Below, in pieces: positions 33,220 through 41,389 of a stretch of DNA of 41,389 nt. How positions within the stretch are numbered: position 1 is the stretch's first letter; each line of letters begins with the position of its first letter. The position numbers and the translations under genes were made by a program. The notes beneath the pieces are model-generated. The model saw only the letters and a program-made list of their open reading frames with translations, was not told where the DNA came from and ran no database searches. Source of the DNA: a virus (Duplodnaviria > Caudoviricetes); IMG/VR virus record IMGVR_UViG_3300024309_000056, positions 1-41,389 of that record. One strand, written 5' to 3'.

Positions 33220-35254
33220 ACTGGCATTCCGAATTTCGGCGATAGATAACGCCTCGAAGGTGGGCAATAAGGTCGGCAACTCGTTCTCGCGCATTGGGGA
33301 TCGAGCGGCGCGGATGTCTGGCCGCCTGACAAGCGTGGGCAAGACCGGCGCGACCGCGCTGGGCAAGATTACATCCAGTCTGAATTCGGTTTCGCAGGGT
33401 GCCCGGACCGCTGCTGATCGAATTTCGTCCATCATCCCTGGCATGTCGGCGCTTGTCGGCCTAGCGGGGGCCGCCGGCGTCGGCGCGCTGGCGCAACGGT
33501 GGGGGGATCTGGGAGCGAGCCTGCAGCGGACCTCTCGCCAGCTGGGCATGTCGACGCGTGGGCTGCAAGCATGGCACTACGCTGCCAAGCGGGCAGGGGT
33601 GACCGCAGAGCAGTTCGATCAGAGCATGCTGTCCTCGCAGAACACCATCCGGGAAGCCGCGTTCGGGGCCAACCCGCAGGCCATGATGCTGATGCAGCGC
33701 CTGGGCGTGAGAGTGTCCCGCGGCAAAGACGGCCAGATCGACTACGAGCGGACGCAGCACGACATCTTGACCGCTCTGGGGAAGATCAAAAATCCTGCGG
33801 GCCAAAGGACCGCGGCGGACGCGCTGGGGATGGGAGCGCTGTTGTCCATGATCCAGCGGGGCACTTTCGACGCTGACCGCGCCGAAGCTGGCAAGCGGGG
33901 GTATATCTTCGGCGACGAAGCGATAGAGCGCGCGACCATGTTTCAGGACAAGATCAACGGGCTGAAGGCCAGCACGGGCGCCCTGGCAAACACCATCGGC
34001 GACAAGCTCATTCCGGTCCTGGCTCCCATGATCGAGAAGCTGAGATCATGGCTGGATGAAAACCGCGTGAACATCGCGGACCGTTTTGCCGAGGCAGTTG
34101 GAAAGCTGACCTCGTGGATCGCCAGCATCGACTGGGGGGCGTGGTACGAGCGCGTGAACAAGATCGCCGACGCATTTGGCGGCTGGGGCAACGCGCTGGC
34201 CGGCATCGTCGCAATCAAGTTCGCTGCGACTATGGCGCAGTGGGGCCTTTCCCTGGCTGCGTTGGTGACGAGCTTGAGTGCGGCGAGAGCGGCCGCTTTG
34301 GCACTCCAGGCTACGGCCGCGGGCGCGGCAGGTGCGGCCGGAGCAGGTGCGGCGGCTGGTGGTATTGGCTTCGGTACGGCGCTCGGCGGCACGGCACTCG
34401 CTGCAGCCGCGGTAGGGGCACCAATCGCGCTTACTGGAGCCTATCTCCAGCACCAGATGACTGGTACGCCGGAAGGAGTCAAGCAGCGGATCGCCGACCG
34501 TAGAGCGCGCATCAAGGAGTTGGACGAACTGATTGAGCTTGATCCAGGAAGTGCCGCGAGATACCAGGCGGAAAAGGTGCCTCTAGAAAGAGACATCGCT
34601 GAATACTCGGCGAAGTTGGAGCAACTCAAGGGAGGGCAGCCGAACGCTATGGCGGCAGCCCTGTTCGACAACCTGGAGAAGCAGCATGGGTTGCCCCAAG
34701 GTTTGCTTGACAGCGTCTGGCTGCAGGAGTCTGGGCGTGGCAGGAACATGCTGTCTTCGGCTGGCGCACAAGGGCATTTTCAGTTTATGCCTGCCACGGC
34801 GAAGGAATGGGGTCTCAAGGATCCCAACAATCTAGAAGAGTCGTCAGAGGCAGCTGCCCGCTACCTAAAGTGGCTTCTTGGCCGGACCGGTGGCGATGTG
34901 AAGAAGGCGCTGGCGGCGTACAACGGCGGCATCGGCAATTTAGAGCGGCTTGGGCTTGAAGGCATGCCCGCGGAATCTCAGAAGTACTACAGGGATGTTC
35001 TTGGTCGCTTGGGCCAGACGGCTACACCGGTTGGCTTTGCGGGCGGAGACGGCGGGAAGGGGGCTATGGCAGGAATGGGCGCCGGGCCGGGGGTCGATGG
35101 TCTGAAGGATGCTCTCGACGCGTCGCTGCAGAAACTGACGTTGCAGGTCAACGTGTCGGCGCCGCCTGGCACGCGTGTTGATGCGACGAGTGGCGATGGC
35201 ACGGGGATGTCGACGCGCGTGAATTACTCAATGGGGCTGGGAGCGATGCCATGA
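33209..35254 (+). CDS. Tape measure protein with C-terminal lytic transglycosylase (SLT) domain
   Basis: ATG 33209 after GGAGG; FRISAIDNAS, Ala/Gly-rich helices; LQESG, AGAQGHFQFMPATA, LAAYNGG. Confidence 0.88.
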   Translation: MANELAFRISAIDNASKVGNKVGNSFSRIGDRAARMSGRLTSVGKTGATALGKITSSLNSVSQGARTAADRISSIIPGMSALVGLAGAAGVGALAQRWGDLGASLQRTSRQLGMSTRGLQAWHYAAKRAGVTAEQFDQSMLSSQNTIREAAFGANPQAMMLMQRLGVRVSRGKDGQIDYERTQHDILTALGKIKNPAGQRTAADALGMGALLSMIQRGTFDADRAEAGKRGYIFGDEAIERATMFQDKINGLKASTGALANTIGDKLIPVLAPMIEKLRSWLDENRVNIADRFAEAVGKLTSWIASIDWGAWYERVNKIADAFGGWGNALAGIVAIKFAATMAQWGLSLAALVTSLSAARAAALALQATAAGAAGAAGAGAAAGGIGFGTALGGTALAAAAVGAPIALTGAYLQHQMTGTPEGVKQRIADRRARIKELDELIELDPGSAARYQAEKVPLERDIAEYSAKLEQLKGGQPNAMAAALFDNLEKQHGLPQGLLDSVWLQESGRGRNMLSSAGAQGHFQFMPATAKEWGLKDPNNLEESSEAAARYLKWLLGRTGGDVKKALAAYNGGIGNLERLGLEGMPAESQKYYRDVLGRLGQTATPVGFAGGDGGKGAMAGMGAGPGVDGLKDALDASLQKLTLQVNVSAPPGTRVDATSGDGTGMSTRVNYSMGLGAMP

Positions 35255-36675
35255 AAGTGACAGACGTCGTAAAGGTCGCGGGCAGCATTGGAGGGGTTGC
35301 TAATGCCATCGGTGACCTACTCGGGCCTGGTGCTGGCAGTTGGGAGGCGTCGCTACAACAAGCTTCGTATGGCGGTGTTCCGTTCGGAGTGAACGGGGCG
35401 CGGCTGCATGCCGGTCGTCGCCAGGCCGTTCACGTCTACCCATATCGAGACGAGGTATGGGCAGAGGATCAAGGCAAGCTGCCCAGACAATTCCGGATCC
35501 ATGGGTTCCTTATCGAAGACAGCGCCATATACGGCGGTGGGGGCGTGGTAGGCCAACGCGAAGCCTTCCTGACGGTCTGCGAGACCGCCGGTCCGAAGAC
35601 GCTGGTTCATCCCACGTTGGGGACTGTCGCCAACGTCGTTTGTCTGGATCTGGAGCTGGAAGAGCGTAAGGACCTTGGGCGGGTCTTCGAGTTCACTATG
35701 TCGCTCATCGTCAGCGGCGAGCGGAAGTACCCGCAGTCCGGCGAGTCAACGGGCGACCAGGTGAGCGAGGCTGCGGATGCTGTTCGGAAGGGCAGCTTGC
35801 TGGACATGGCGCGCAGGGTCGCCGCCGCGGTCAGGCAAGGCGTTGCGGTTGTCCGCCAGGTGGTGAACACCGCCTTGCGCTATTACCAGATGGCCGTCGG
35901 GATCGTGAATGGCGTGCGCCGAGTCTTCAACGCGGTTTCCAGCTTGCGCGGCAACTTCGGGCGGCTATTTGGCGGGGGGAATTCGGGCTTTCTGACCTCG
36001 AATCGAAAGGCATCCCCCGGGGCGTCAGCGGGCGACTTGCTGGCGGCGAACGTGGCTGCCAGCGCTGCCGTTGCCGCGGCCGGCGTGAAGTTGCAGCAGG
36101 CAGCGGCGAACATCGCCGACACCGTGGCGTATGGCGATGCCGCCAATGCGTTCGTGCAGTCGGTAGCGGCCACCGCGGTTGATCCGGCTGATGGCATGGC
36201 GATGCTGGCGCGTTTGGCGACCTTCCAGCCGACGGGGGAATCGACCAATTCGCCTATCGGGCAGGCGATCAAGACCGCGAACGATGCATGTTCCGCCCAT
36301 CTTCGACGCGTCGCCATCGCCGCGCTGGCTCAGGCAGCTGCCGACTACCAGCCGTTCTCGCAAGAGGATGCGTTGAAGGTGCAGACGGAGGTTGTCGGAA
36401 TCCTGGACAGCGAGATCCTGATCGCGGGCGATGGAGGAGACGATGCGAGCTATGACGCGTTGCGTCAGCTGCGGAAGGCTGTCGTCGCTGACCTTCAATC
36501 GAGGGGCGGCAATCTGGCCGAGATGGGGGTGTTCTCCTTCAAGGCTTCTCAGCCCTCCTTAGCGCTGGCAAATCGAATTTACCGGGATCCGGCGCGCGCC
36601 GAAGAGCTGGTGCGGCAGGTCAACCCGATTCACCCGGCATTCATGCCGCCCGAGTTTGAGGCTTTGTCGAAATGA
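35251..36675 (+). CDS. Mu gpN-like tail/DNA circularisation protein
   Basis: LQQASYGGVPF, GRRQAVHVYPYRD, LVHPTLG, PSLALANRIYRD...HPAFMP. Confidence 0.88.
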   Translation: MKVTDVVKVAGSIGGVANAIGDLLGPGAGSWEASLQQASYGGVPFGVNGARLHAGRRQAVHVYPYRDEVWAEDQGKLPRQFRIHGFLIEDSAIYGGGGVVGQREAFLTVCETAGPKTLVHPTLGTVANVVCLDLELEERKDLGRVFEFTMSLIVSGERKYPQSGESTGDQVSEAADAVRKGSLLDMARRVAAAVRQGVAVVRQVVNTALRYYQMAVGIVNGVRRVFNAVSSLRGNFGRLFGGGNSGFLTSNRKASPGASAGDLLAANVAASAAVAAAGVKLQQAAANIADTVAYGDAANAFVQSVAATAVDPADGMAMLARLATFQPTGESTNSPIGQAIKTANDACSAHLRRVAIAALAQAAADYQPFSQEDALKVQTEVVGILDSEILIAGDGGDDASYDALRQLRKAVVADLQSRGGNLAEMGVFSFKASQPSLALANRIYRDPARAEELVRQVNPIHPAFMPPEFEALSK

Positions 36676-37790
36676 ATGGTGATGATCTGACGCTGCGCAT
36701 TTCCACATCGACCCGTGTCGGGAGAGGGTACGAACTGTCCAACACCCGAATTCTCGGCGGCTGGCAGGAAGTGCGCTTTACGAGAGGCATTGAGCGTTGC
36801 CCTTCGGACTTCCTGGTGAAGATGACGGACCGTTATCCGATAGCGACCAGGCCTGAAATGCAGGTGCAGCCAGGGGATTACTGCGAAGTGTTCCTCGGGG
36901 AGGACCGAGTTTCCACCGGCTGGATTGATCGCTTCGTGCCTTCGTATACCGACGGCGCGCATTCGGTCACCTTGGTCGGGCGTAGCAAGTGCCAGGACAT
37001 TGTGGACTGCGCGGCGGTTTTCGATGGCTTTCAGCTTACCAATGCCAGCGCGTTGTATATCGCGCAGACGCTTTGCGCCCCATTTGGCATCAAGGCGAGC
37101 CTGGCCGAAGGTACGAATCAGGGGGCTCCCATCGAGCAGGTAGTAATTATCGCTGGCGAGAGCGCCTATGACGTCCTGGAGCGGGTTTGCCGATACCGTG
37201 GTCTTCTACTGTACGACACGCCGTCGGGCGATCTGCTGCTTTCAGGCATCGGCCTACAGGCCGCGGCTAGTGGCTTCCAGGAGGGCGTGAATATTGGCTC
37301 GGCCGTCGCGTCGTACTCGATGGATCAGAAGTTCAGCGACTACTACGCGATCTATCAGGGGCTGGACCAGTTCAGCGATGTTGGTGGCGCTCCGAACCAG
37401 ATCGCGCATCTGGTGGATGAAAGCGTGCCTCGCTATCGACCGCGGGTTGTGCTGTCGGAGAACCTTCTGGGAGGAAGCGCGGTGGCTGAAGACAGGGCGA
37501 AGTGGGAAATGTCTCGGCGGCAGGGGCGGTCCTTTTTTGTCCGGCTGAACACCGACAATTGGCGGGATTCGGCGGGGGCGCTGTACACGCCCAACACGAT
37601 GGCTTCCCTTGCGATTCCGTCCTTGAAGCTGGGATCCGAGGTCGCGCCTGTTTCGTGGCTGATCGCCGAGACGACCTACAACCGCGGGCGCGCAGGTACC
37701 ACCTGCGACGTGGTGCTGATGCCGCCGCAGGCCTTCTATCAGCAGCCCTTCATCTGGGCTCAATTCGCACCGGACCAAGTGGTGGGGTGA
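36672..37790 (+). CDS. Baseplate hub protein (Mu gpP-like)
   Basis: GWQEVRFTRGIE, GRSKCQDIVDC, GESAYDVLER, RYRP. Confidence 0.88.
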   Translation: MNGDDLTLRISTSTRVGRGYELSNTRILGGWQEVRFTRGIERCPSDFLVKMTDRYPIATRPEMQVQPGDYCEVFLGEDRVSTGWIDRFVPSYTDGAHSVTLVGRSKCQDIVDCAAVFDGFQLTNASALYIAQTLCAPFGIKASLAEGTNQGAPIEQVVIIAGESAYDVLERVCRYRGLLLYDTPSGDLLLSGIGLQAAASGFQEGVNIGSAVASYSMDQKFSDYYAIYQGLDQFSDVGGAPNQIAHLVDESVPRYRPRVVLSENLLGGSAVAEDRAKWEMSRRQGRSFFVRLNTDNWRDSAGALYTPNTMASLAIPSLKLGSEVAPVSWLIAETTYNRGRAGTTCDVVLMPPQAFYQQPFIWAQFAPDQVVG

Positions 37791-37791
37791 T

Positions 37792-38406
37792 ATGGAACAA
37801 GCAATTGAAAGGCTGTGGCGCCGGCTTCAGATGATGGTTGGGCGCGGTGTCGTCACAGCCGTGGATGACAGCGGGCCGGTGCAGTTGATGCAGGTGAGGG
37901 CCAGCGGGTTGGAAGTGGCGGACAGGCGGGTTCGTCCGCAGGAATTCGGCCTTACGTCGAATCCTCCAGTGGGATCTGACGCTGCTCTAGCCGCGGTGTC
38001 GGGCGACCGCTCGTCCACCATGGTGGTCGGGGTCAACCATCAAGGGAGCCGGCCGCGCGGCCTCCTGGCCGGTGAAACGAAGCTGTACAGCCAAGACGGA
38101 AAGTATGTCTACCTGACCGCCGATGGCGGCATCGTCGTTGAGGCCAAGGGCCAGGACGTGGTCGTGAACAACGCGAAAAACGTGACCTGGAACCTGAGCG
38201 GCAAGCTGACCATCATCGCGCCTGGAGGTATCGACCTGAAGGCACCTCTGGTGAAGTCGACGGGCGACATGCAGGATAACTACGAGTCAAACGATCGGAC
38301 CATGAAGGGCATGCGCGAAGTGTTCAACGACCACCTTCATCCTGTGAAAAATGTCCAGTCTGGCGGCTCGACCGTGACCTCTGAAAAGCCCGAGGTGCCG
38401 CAATGA
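37792..38406 (+). CDS. Baseplate spike protein (Mu gp45 / gpV-like)
   Basis: QEFGLTSNPP, RPRGLLAGETKLY, C-terminal HLH metal-binding motif. Confidence 0.88.
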   Translation: MEQAIERLWRRLQMMVGRGVVTAVDDSGPVQLMQVRASGLEVADRRVRPQEFGLTSNPPVGSDAALAAVSGDRSSTMVVGVNHQGSRPRGLLAGETKLYSQDGKYVYLTADGGIVVEAKGQDVVVNNAKNVTWNLSGKLTIIAPGGIDLKAPLVKSTGDMQDNYESNDRTMKGMREVFNDHLHPVKNVQSGGSTVTSEKPEVPQ

Positions 38407-38855
38407 GCGATATCCGCACAGTTTGGGATGCTGCCGTTGCGCACGGCGATTGGATATTGTCGGAAGGCGCGCTGCTCACCGGCGCGGATCTTGCGACTGC
38501 CATGCTGGTCAGCGTCTTCACCGACGCGATGGCAGCGTCGGATGATGTCATCCCGGATGGAACAGGAGATCCTCGGGGGTGGTGGGGCGACCAGTTCGAC
38601 CCTGATGCGCCACTGGGTAGCAAGCTCTGGCTCCTGCAGCGCGAAAAGCAGACCCAGACGACGCTCAATCGCGCCTACGACTATCTGGCAGAGGCGTTGA
38701 AGTGGCTGATCGATGACGGGGTTGTGGCGCGCTTTGACATCAGCGTGGAGTGGGTCCGAGAGTCCTTTCTCGGCGCACAGATCATTGCCTATTCGCCTGG
38801 TGGTGATTCCCTGCACACAGGGAAATATCTCTGGGCCTGGAACGGAATTAACTGA
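38403..38855 (+). CDS. Baseplate protein (Mu gp46-like)
   Basis: SVFTD, RGWWGD, GSKLWLLQREK, EALKWLIDDGV. Confidence 0.9.
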   Translation: MSDIRTVWDAAVAHGDWILSEGALLTGADLATAMLVSVFTDAMAASDDVIPDGTGDPRGWWGDQFDPDAPLGSKLWLLQREKQTQTTLNRAYDYLAEALKWLIDDGVVARFDISVEWVRESFLGAQIIAYSPGGDSLHTGKYLWAWNGIN

Positions 38856-38856
38856 T

Positions 38857-40020
38857 ATGCCATTTTCTCGTCCCACGCTGTCAGAACTGAGGAATCAGGT
38901 TCTGGCGGATATCAACGCGACCCTGGATGGCGCGAACGCACTCCTGCGTAAGGCGGTCTTGCGCGTGCTGGGCGTCGCTCAAGCGGGGCTTGCGCACCTG
39001 CACTTCGGCTACATCGATTGGATCTCAAAGCAGGCCGTTCCCTGGACCGCGACAGACGAGTACCTGGCGGGCTGGGGGGCAATGAAGAACGTGTTTCGAA
39101 AGGACGCCGTGGCGGCCGTGATAACCGCCCAGTTCACAGGAACCGCTGGGGTGGTCATCAGTGCCGGGATCGAAGTCAAGCGGGCAGATGGCACGGCTTA
39201 CACCGTCGAGGAAACTCAGGAGGTTGGGTCGGACGGAAAGGCGGCCGTAGTCCTGCGTGCCACGGCGACTGGAGCCGCAGGGAATTGCTCCGCCGGCACC
39301 CCGGTAACCCTTTCCTCGACCGTCACGGGTCTGCAATCCACCGGCACAGTCGTGGGCGCGATCGCTACCGGGGCCGACGTGGAGTCCCCGGACGCATACA
39401 GTGAGCGCGTCATTGCCGCCTATCAGGAGACGCCACACGGTGGCAGTGCGGATGACTACGTCCGCTGGGCGCTGGCCGTTCCAGGGGTAAGCCGTGCCTG
39501 GTGTTCGCCCAACGGCATGGGGGCGGGGACGGTGGTTCTGCGGTTCATGATGGATACGGCGCAGTCCCAGCACGGTGGATTCCCTCAGGGCGCCAATGGA
39601 ATATCGCAGCACGATCTGGGGCCTGATGGCTTGCCGCGCGACGTAGTGGCAACCGGCGACCAGCTGGTGTTGGCTGACGCGCTGATTGGCCTGCAGCCCG
39701 TTACCGCCCTCGTGTTTGCGTGCGCGCCGGTGGACAACAGCCTCCATTTCAAGATATCCGGGCTGTCGGGCGCCGGCACGGCGACGCGAAACGCAATATC
39801 TGCCGCGTTGGCTGATGTGCTGTTTCGTACAGGAGATGCCCGCGGCGGGACGATCAACCGTAATGACATCGAAGGGGCGATCAACAGCGTCTCGGGCGCG
39901 TCAGGCTGGCTGCTGGTCGAGGTCGCTGGCACGGTGGATGGCGTTGTTACCCTTTACCCGGGCAACGTCACGAACGGAATCGGACAGCTGCCAACGCTTG
40001 GTGGCGTCACCTACTTGTAG
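38857..40020 (+). CDS. Baseplate J-like protein (Mu gp47-like)
   Basis: ATG 38857 MPFSRPTLSEL; GADVES, PHGGSADDYVRWALAVPGVSRAW. Confidence 0.9.
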   Translation: MPFSRPTLSELRNQVLADINATLDGANALLRKAVLRVLGVAQAGLAHLHFGYIDWISKQAVPWTATDEYLAGWGAMKNVFRKDAVAAVITAQFTGTAGVVISAGIEVKRADGTAYTVEETQEVGSDGKAAVVLRATATGAAGNCSAGTPVTLSSTVTGLQSTGTVVGAIATGADVESPDAYSERVIAAYQETPHGGSADDYVRWALAVPGVSRAWCSPNGMGAGTVVLRFMMDTAQSQHGGFPQGANGISQHDLGPDGLPRDVVATGDQLVLADALIGLQPVTALVFACAPVDNSLHFKISGLSGAGTATRNAISAALADVLFRTGDARGGTINRNDIEGAINSVSGASGWLLVEVAGTVDGVVTLYPGNVTNGIGQLPTLGGVTYL

Positions 40021-40030
40021 GGGGTGAGGA

Positions 40031-40621
40031 ATGGGCTTGAATTTGCGAGCGGGGGACTTCCTCCGAGCCTTCATGAGCCTCCTGCCCCGGGGGCGCGTTT
40101 GGTCGCGGGATGTCAGCAGCGTCCAGAGCCGTGCATTGCTTGGTCTGGTGACAATTTACGAAGACAGCACGGCTCGGGCAAATCAGCTTCTTGTAGACGC
40201 CTTTCCGGGGTCGACCTATGAACTGCTTCCCGAGTGGGAGCTTACCCTGGGGTTGCCCGACCCTTGCGCCGGACCGGCACCGACGATACAGGCTCGCCGG
40301 GCGCAGGTAGTTGCGAGGCTTACCGCGACAGGGGGGCAGTCGATACCTTATTTCACGGGCTTGGCCAAGAGCCTGGGGTACGAGGTAACGGTGACCCAAT
40401 TCATGCCCTCCCGGTTTGGAAAGCGCTTTGGCACTCCGTTCGGTGGCGTTGACTGGGCGCACGCTTGGCAGATAAATGCGCCGACCTTCACGGTCAATAG
40501 GCTGAGATTTGGGGACTCCTTCGGGAGTCCTTTTTCATATTGGACCAACAACGTGCTGCAGTGCGAGCTGCAATCGGTGAAGCCGGCGCACACGGTCTTG
40601 AATTTTTCCTATTCGGAGTAG
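40031..40621 (+). CDS. Baseplate wedge protein (Mu gp48 / DUF2313-like)
   Basis: LLPRGRVW, LLPEWELTLGLPD, GGQSIPYF, KPAHT. Confidence 0.88.
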   Translation: MGLNLRAGDFLRAFMSLLPRGRVWSRDVSSVQSRALLGLVTIYEDSTARANQLLVDAFPGSTYELLPEWELTLGLPDPCAGPAPTIQARRAQVVARLTATGGQSIPYFTGLAKSLGYEVTVTQFMPSRFGKRFGTPFGGVDWAHAWQINAPTFTVNRLRFGDSFGSPFSYWTNNVLQCELQSVKPAHTVLNFSYSE

Positions 40622-40627
40622 TGACCT

Positions 40628-41389
40628 ATGGATCTATTGATTGCGCCAAACACTGTGACGCAGGAGCGAGCGGACACGGCCCCTGCCACTGGGACGCCTG
40701 GTTGGGCGACAGACGGGAACCCCGCGACCAACACTCCGGCGACGCAGTGGCCGGCCTATGCGTTTAATGCGATTCAGGCCGAGTTGATGGGCGTCATCCA
40801 GGCTCCGGGCGACATCGACCCGGACCGACACGATAACGGCCAGGTCGCGGCGGCCATCAAGCGTCTGATTGCAGTTGCCGTACAGAACCGGCCCCTGTGC
40901 TTCTCGATTTCCGATCTGCCCACCGAAGACGTTGGGCCGATCGTCGTGGCCGAGTGCGGCGAGGTTTGGATCTGGTCGCAGTCCGCCTATTTCACTGGCT
41001 ATCGCTCGCCGCTTTGCGGGCGCCCGGTAGATGGCCATACTCTGGCTCCGCTGGCCAGCGAGGTGGACGCCGTGGGGGGGCTTCTGCCGAAGGTCGCGTA
41101 TGCACGGCTGTGGGGCTACGCCAGGGAAAACGGTCTTGTGGTCTCGCAGGCATTCTGGGATGCAAACAAGGGCGGTCATTACTTCGTCGACGTCGACGCC
41201 AACACGTTCCGCGTCCCGGATCTGCGTGACATGTTCCGGCGTTTCACCGGGACTGACGCTGACACTGCAAATGCAAGAACGCTGGGCACGGTGCAGGCGG
41301 GGGCATTCCCAAGCCACACACACGGCGTTTCCGACCCCGGGCATTCGCATGCCGTATCGGATCCTGGCCACGCACATGGAGGAGCAGGG
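40628..41389 (+). CDS. Tail fibre protein, 5' part (runs off window end)
   Basis: Manual translation from ATG 40628: ATDGNPATNTPAT...NAIQAEL N-terminus, TFRVPDLRDMFRR collar-like motif, SHTH and DPGHSH/DPGHAH repeats. Not in the ORF track because there is no stop. Confidence 0.85.
   Translation, partial: MDLLIAPNTVTQERADTAPATGTPGWATDGNPATNTPATQWPAYAFNAIQAELMGVIQAPGDIDPDRHDNGQVAAAIKRLIAVAVQNRPLCFSISDLPTEDVGPIVVAECGEVWIWSQSAYFTGYRSPLCGRPVDGHTLAPLASEVDAVGGLLPKVAYARLWGYARENGLVVSQAFWDANKGGHYFVDVDANTFRVPDLRDMFRRFTGTDADTANARTLGTVQAGAFPSHTHGVSDPGHSHAVSDPGHAHGGAG

Larger units (their letters stand above)
6830..41389. mobile_element. Temperate prophage (lambdoid control and head, Mu-like contractile tail) integrated at tRNA-Pro; right end beyond window
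   Basis: Contiguous phage modules begin right after the tRNA 3' end. The left boundary inside the tRNA is inferred because the attR duplicate is not visible. Confidence 0.93.

Noticed and set aside
34660-35000. SLT domain as the phage endolysin
   Set aside because: It is fused in-frame to the tape measure protein, so it is a virion-associated entry enzyme rather than a lysis gene.
40634-41377. Track ORFs 40634-41377 (-) and 40897-41229 (+)
   Set aside because: Superseded by the open tail-fibre frame starting at 40628.
40628-41389. Diversity-generating retroelement or invertible tail-fibre system
   Set aside because: No reverse transcriptase, invertase or TR/VR repeat pair in the window; the fibre gene is truncated, so this cannot be excluded downstream.

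Overview
GC-rich betaproteobacterial (Achromobacter/Bordetella-like, inferred from gene content) chromosome segment. Bases 1-6.9 kb are host: 5' end of ppx, ppk1, a Pho-box-driven pstSCAB operon and tRNA-Pro(TGG). From the tRNA 3' end to the window edge is one apparently intact temperate prophage. Its modules in order: att-proximal VapBC45-like toxin-antitoxin pair and a secreted Cys-rich/SH3-like moron; leftward early operon (AlpA, Rha, four small ORFs); cI/cro switch with four readable operators; KilA-N; replication initiator with internal iterons; Twinkle/T7-gp4-like primase-helicase; nuclease; Q-like gene with pR'/tR'-like signals; a cargo slot (3-TM protein, unannotated Pro-rich peptide, AbiJ-like HEPN protein); lambda-type terminase and head genes; and a Mu-type contractile tail with a GGGAAAG frameshift, truncated in the tail-fibre gene. 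No integrase or lysis cassette is in the window. The least explained signals are three candidate structured RNAs (about 20.28-20.45 kb, 13.87-13.95 kb and 11.57-11.63 kb) and the cargo slot. All product calls come from motif recognition by eye; no searches were run.
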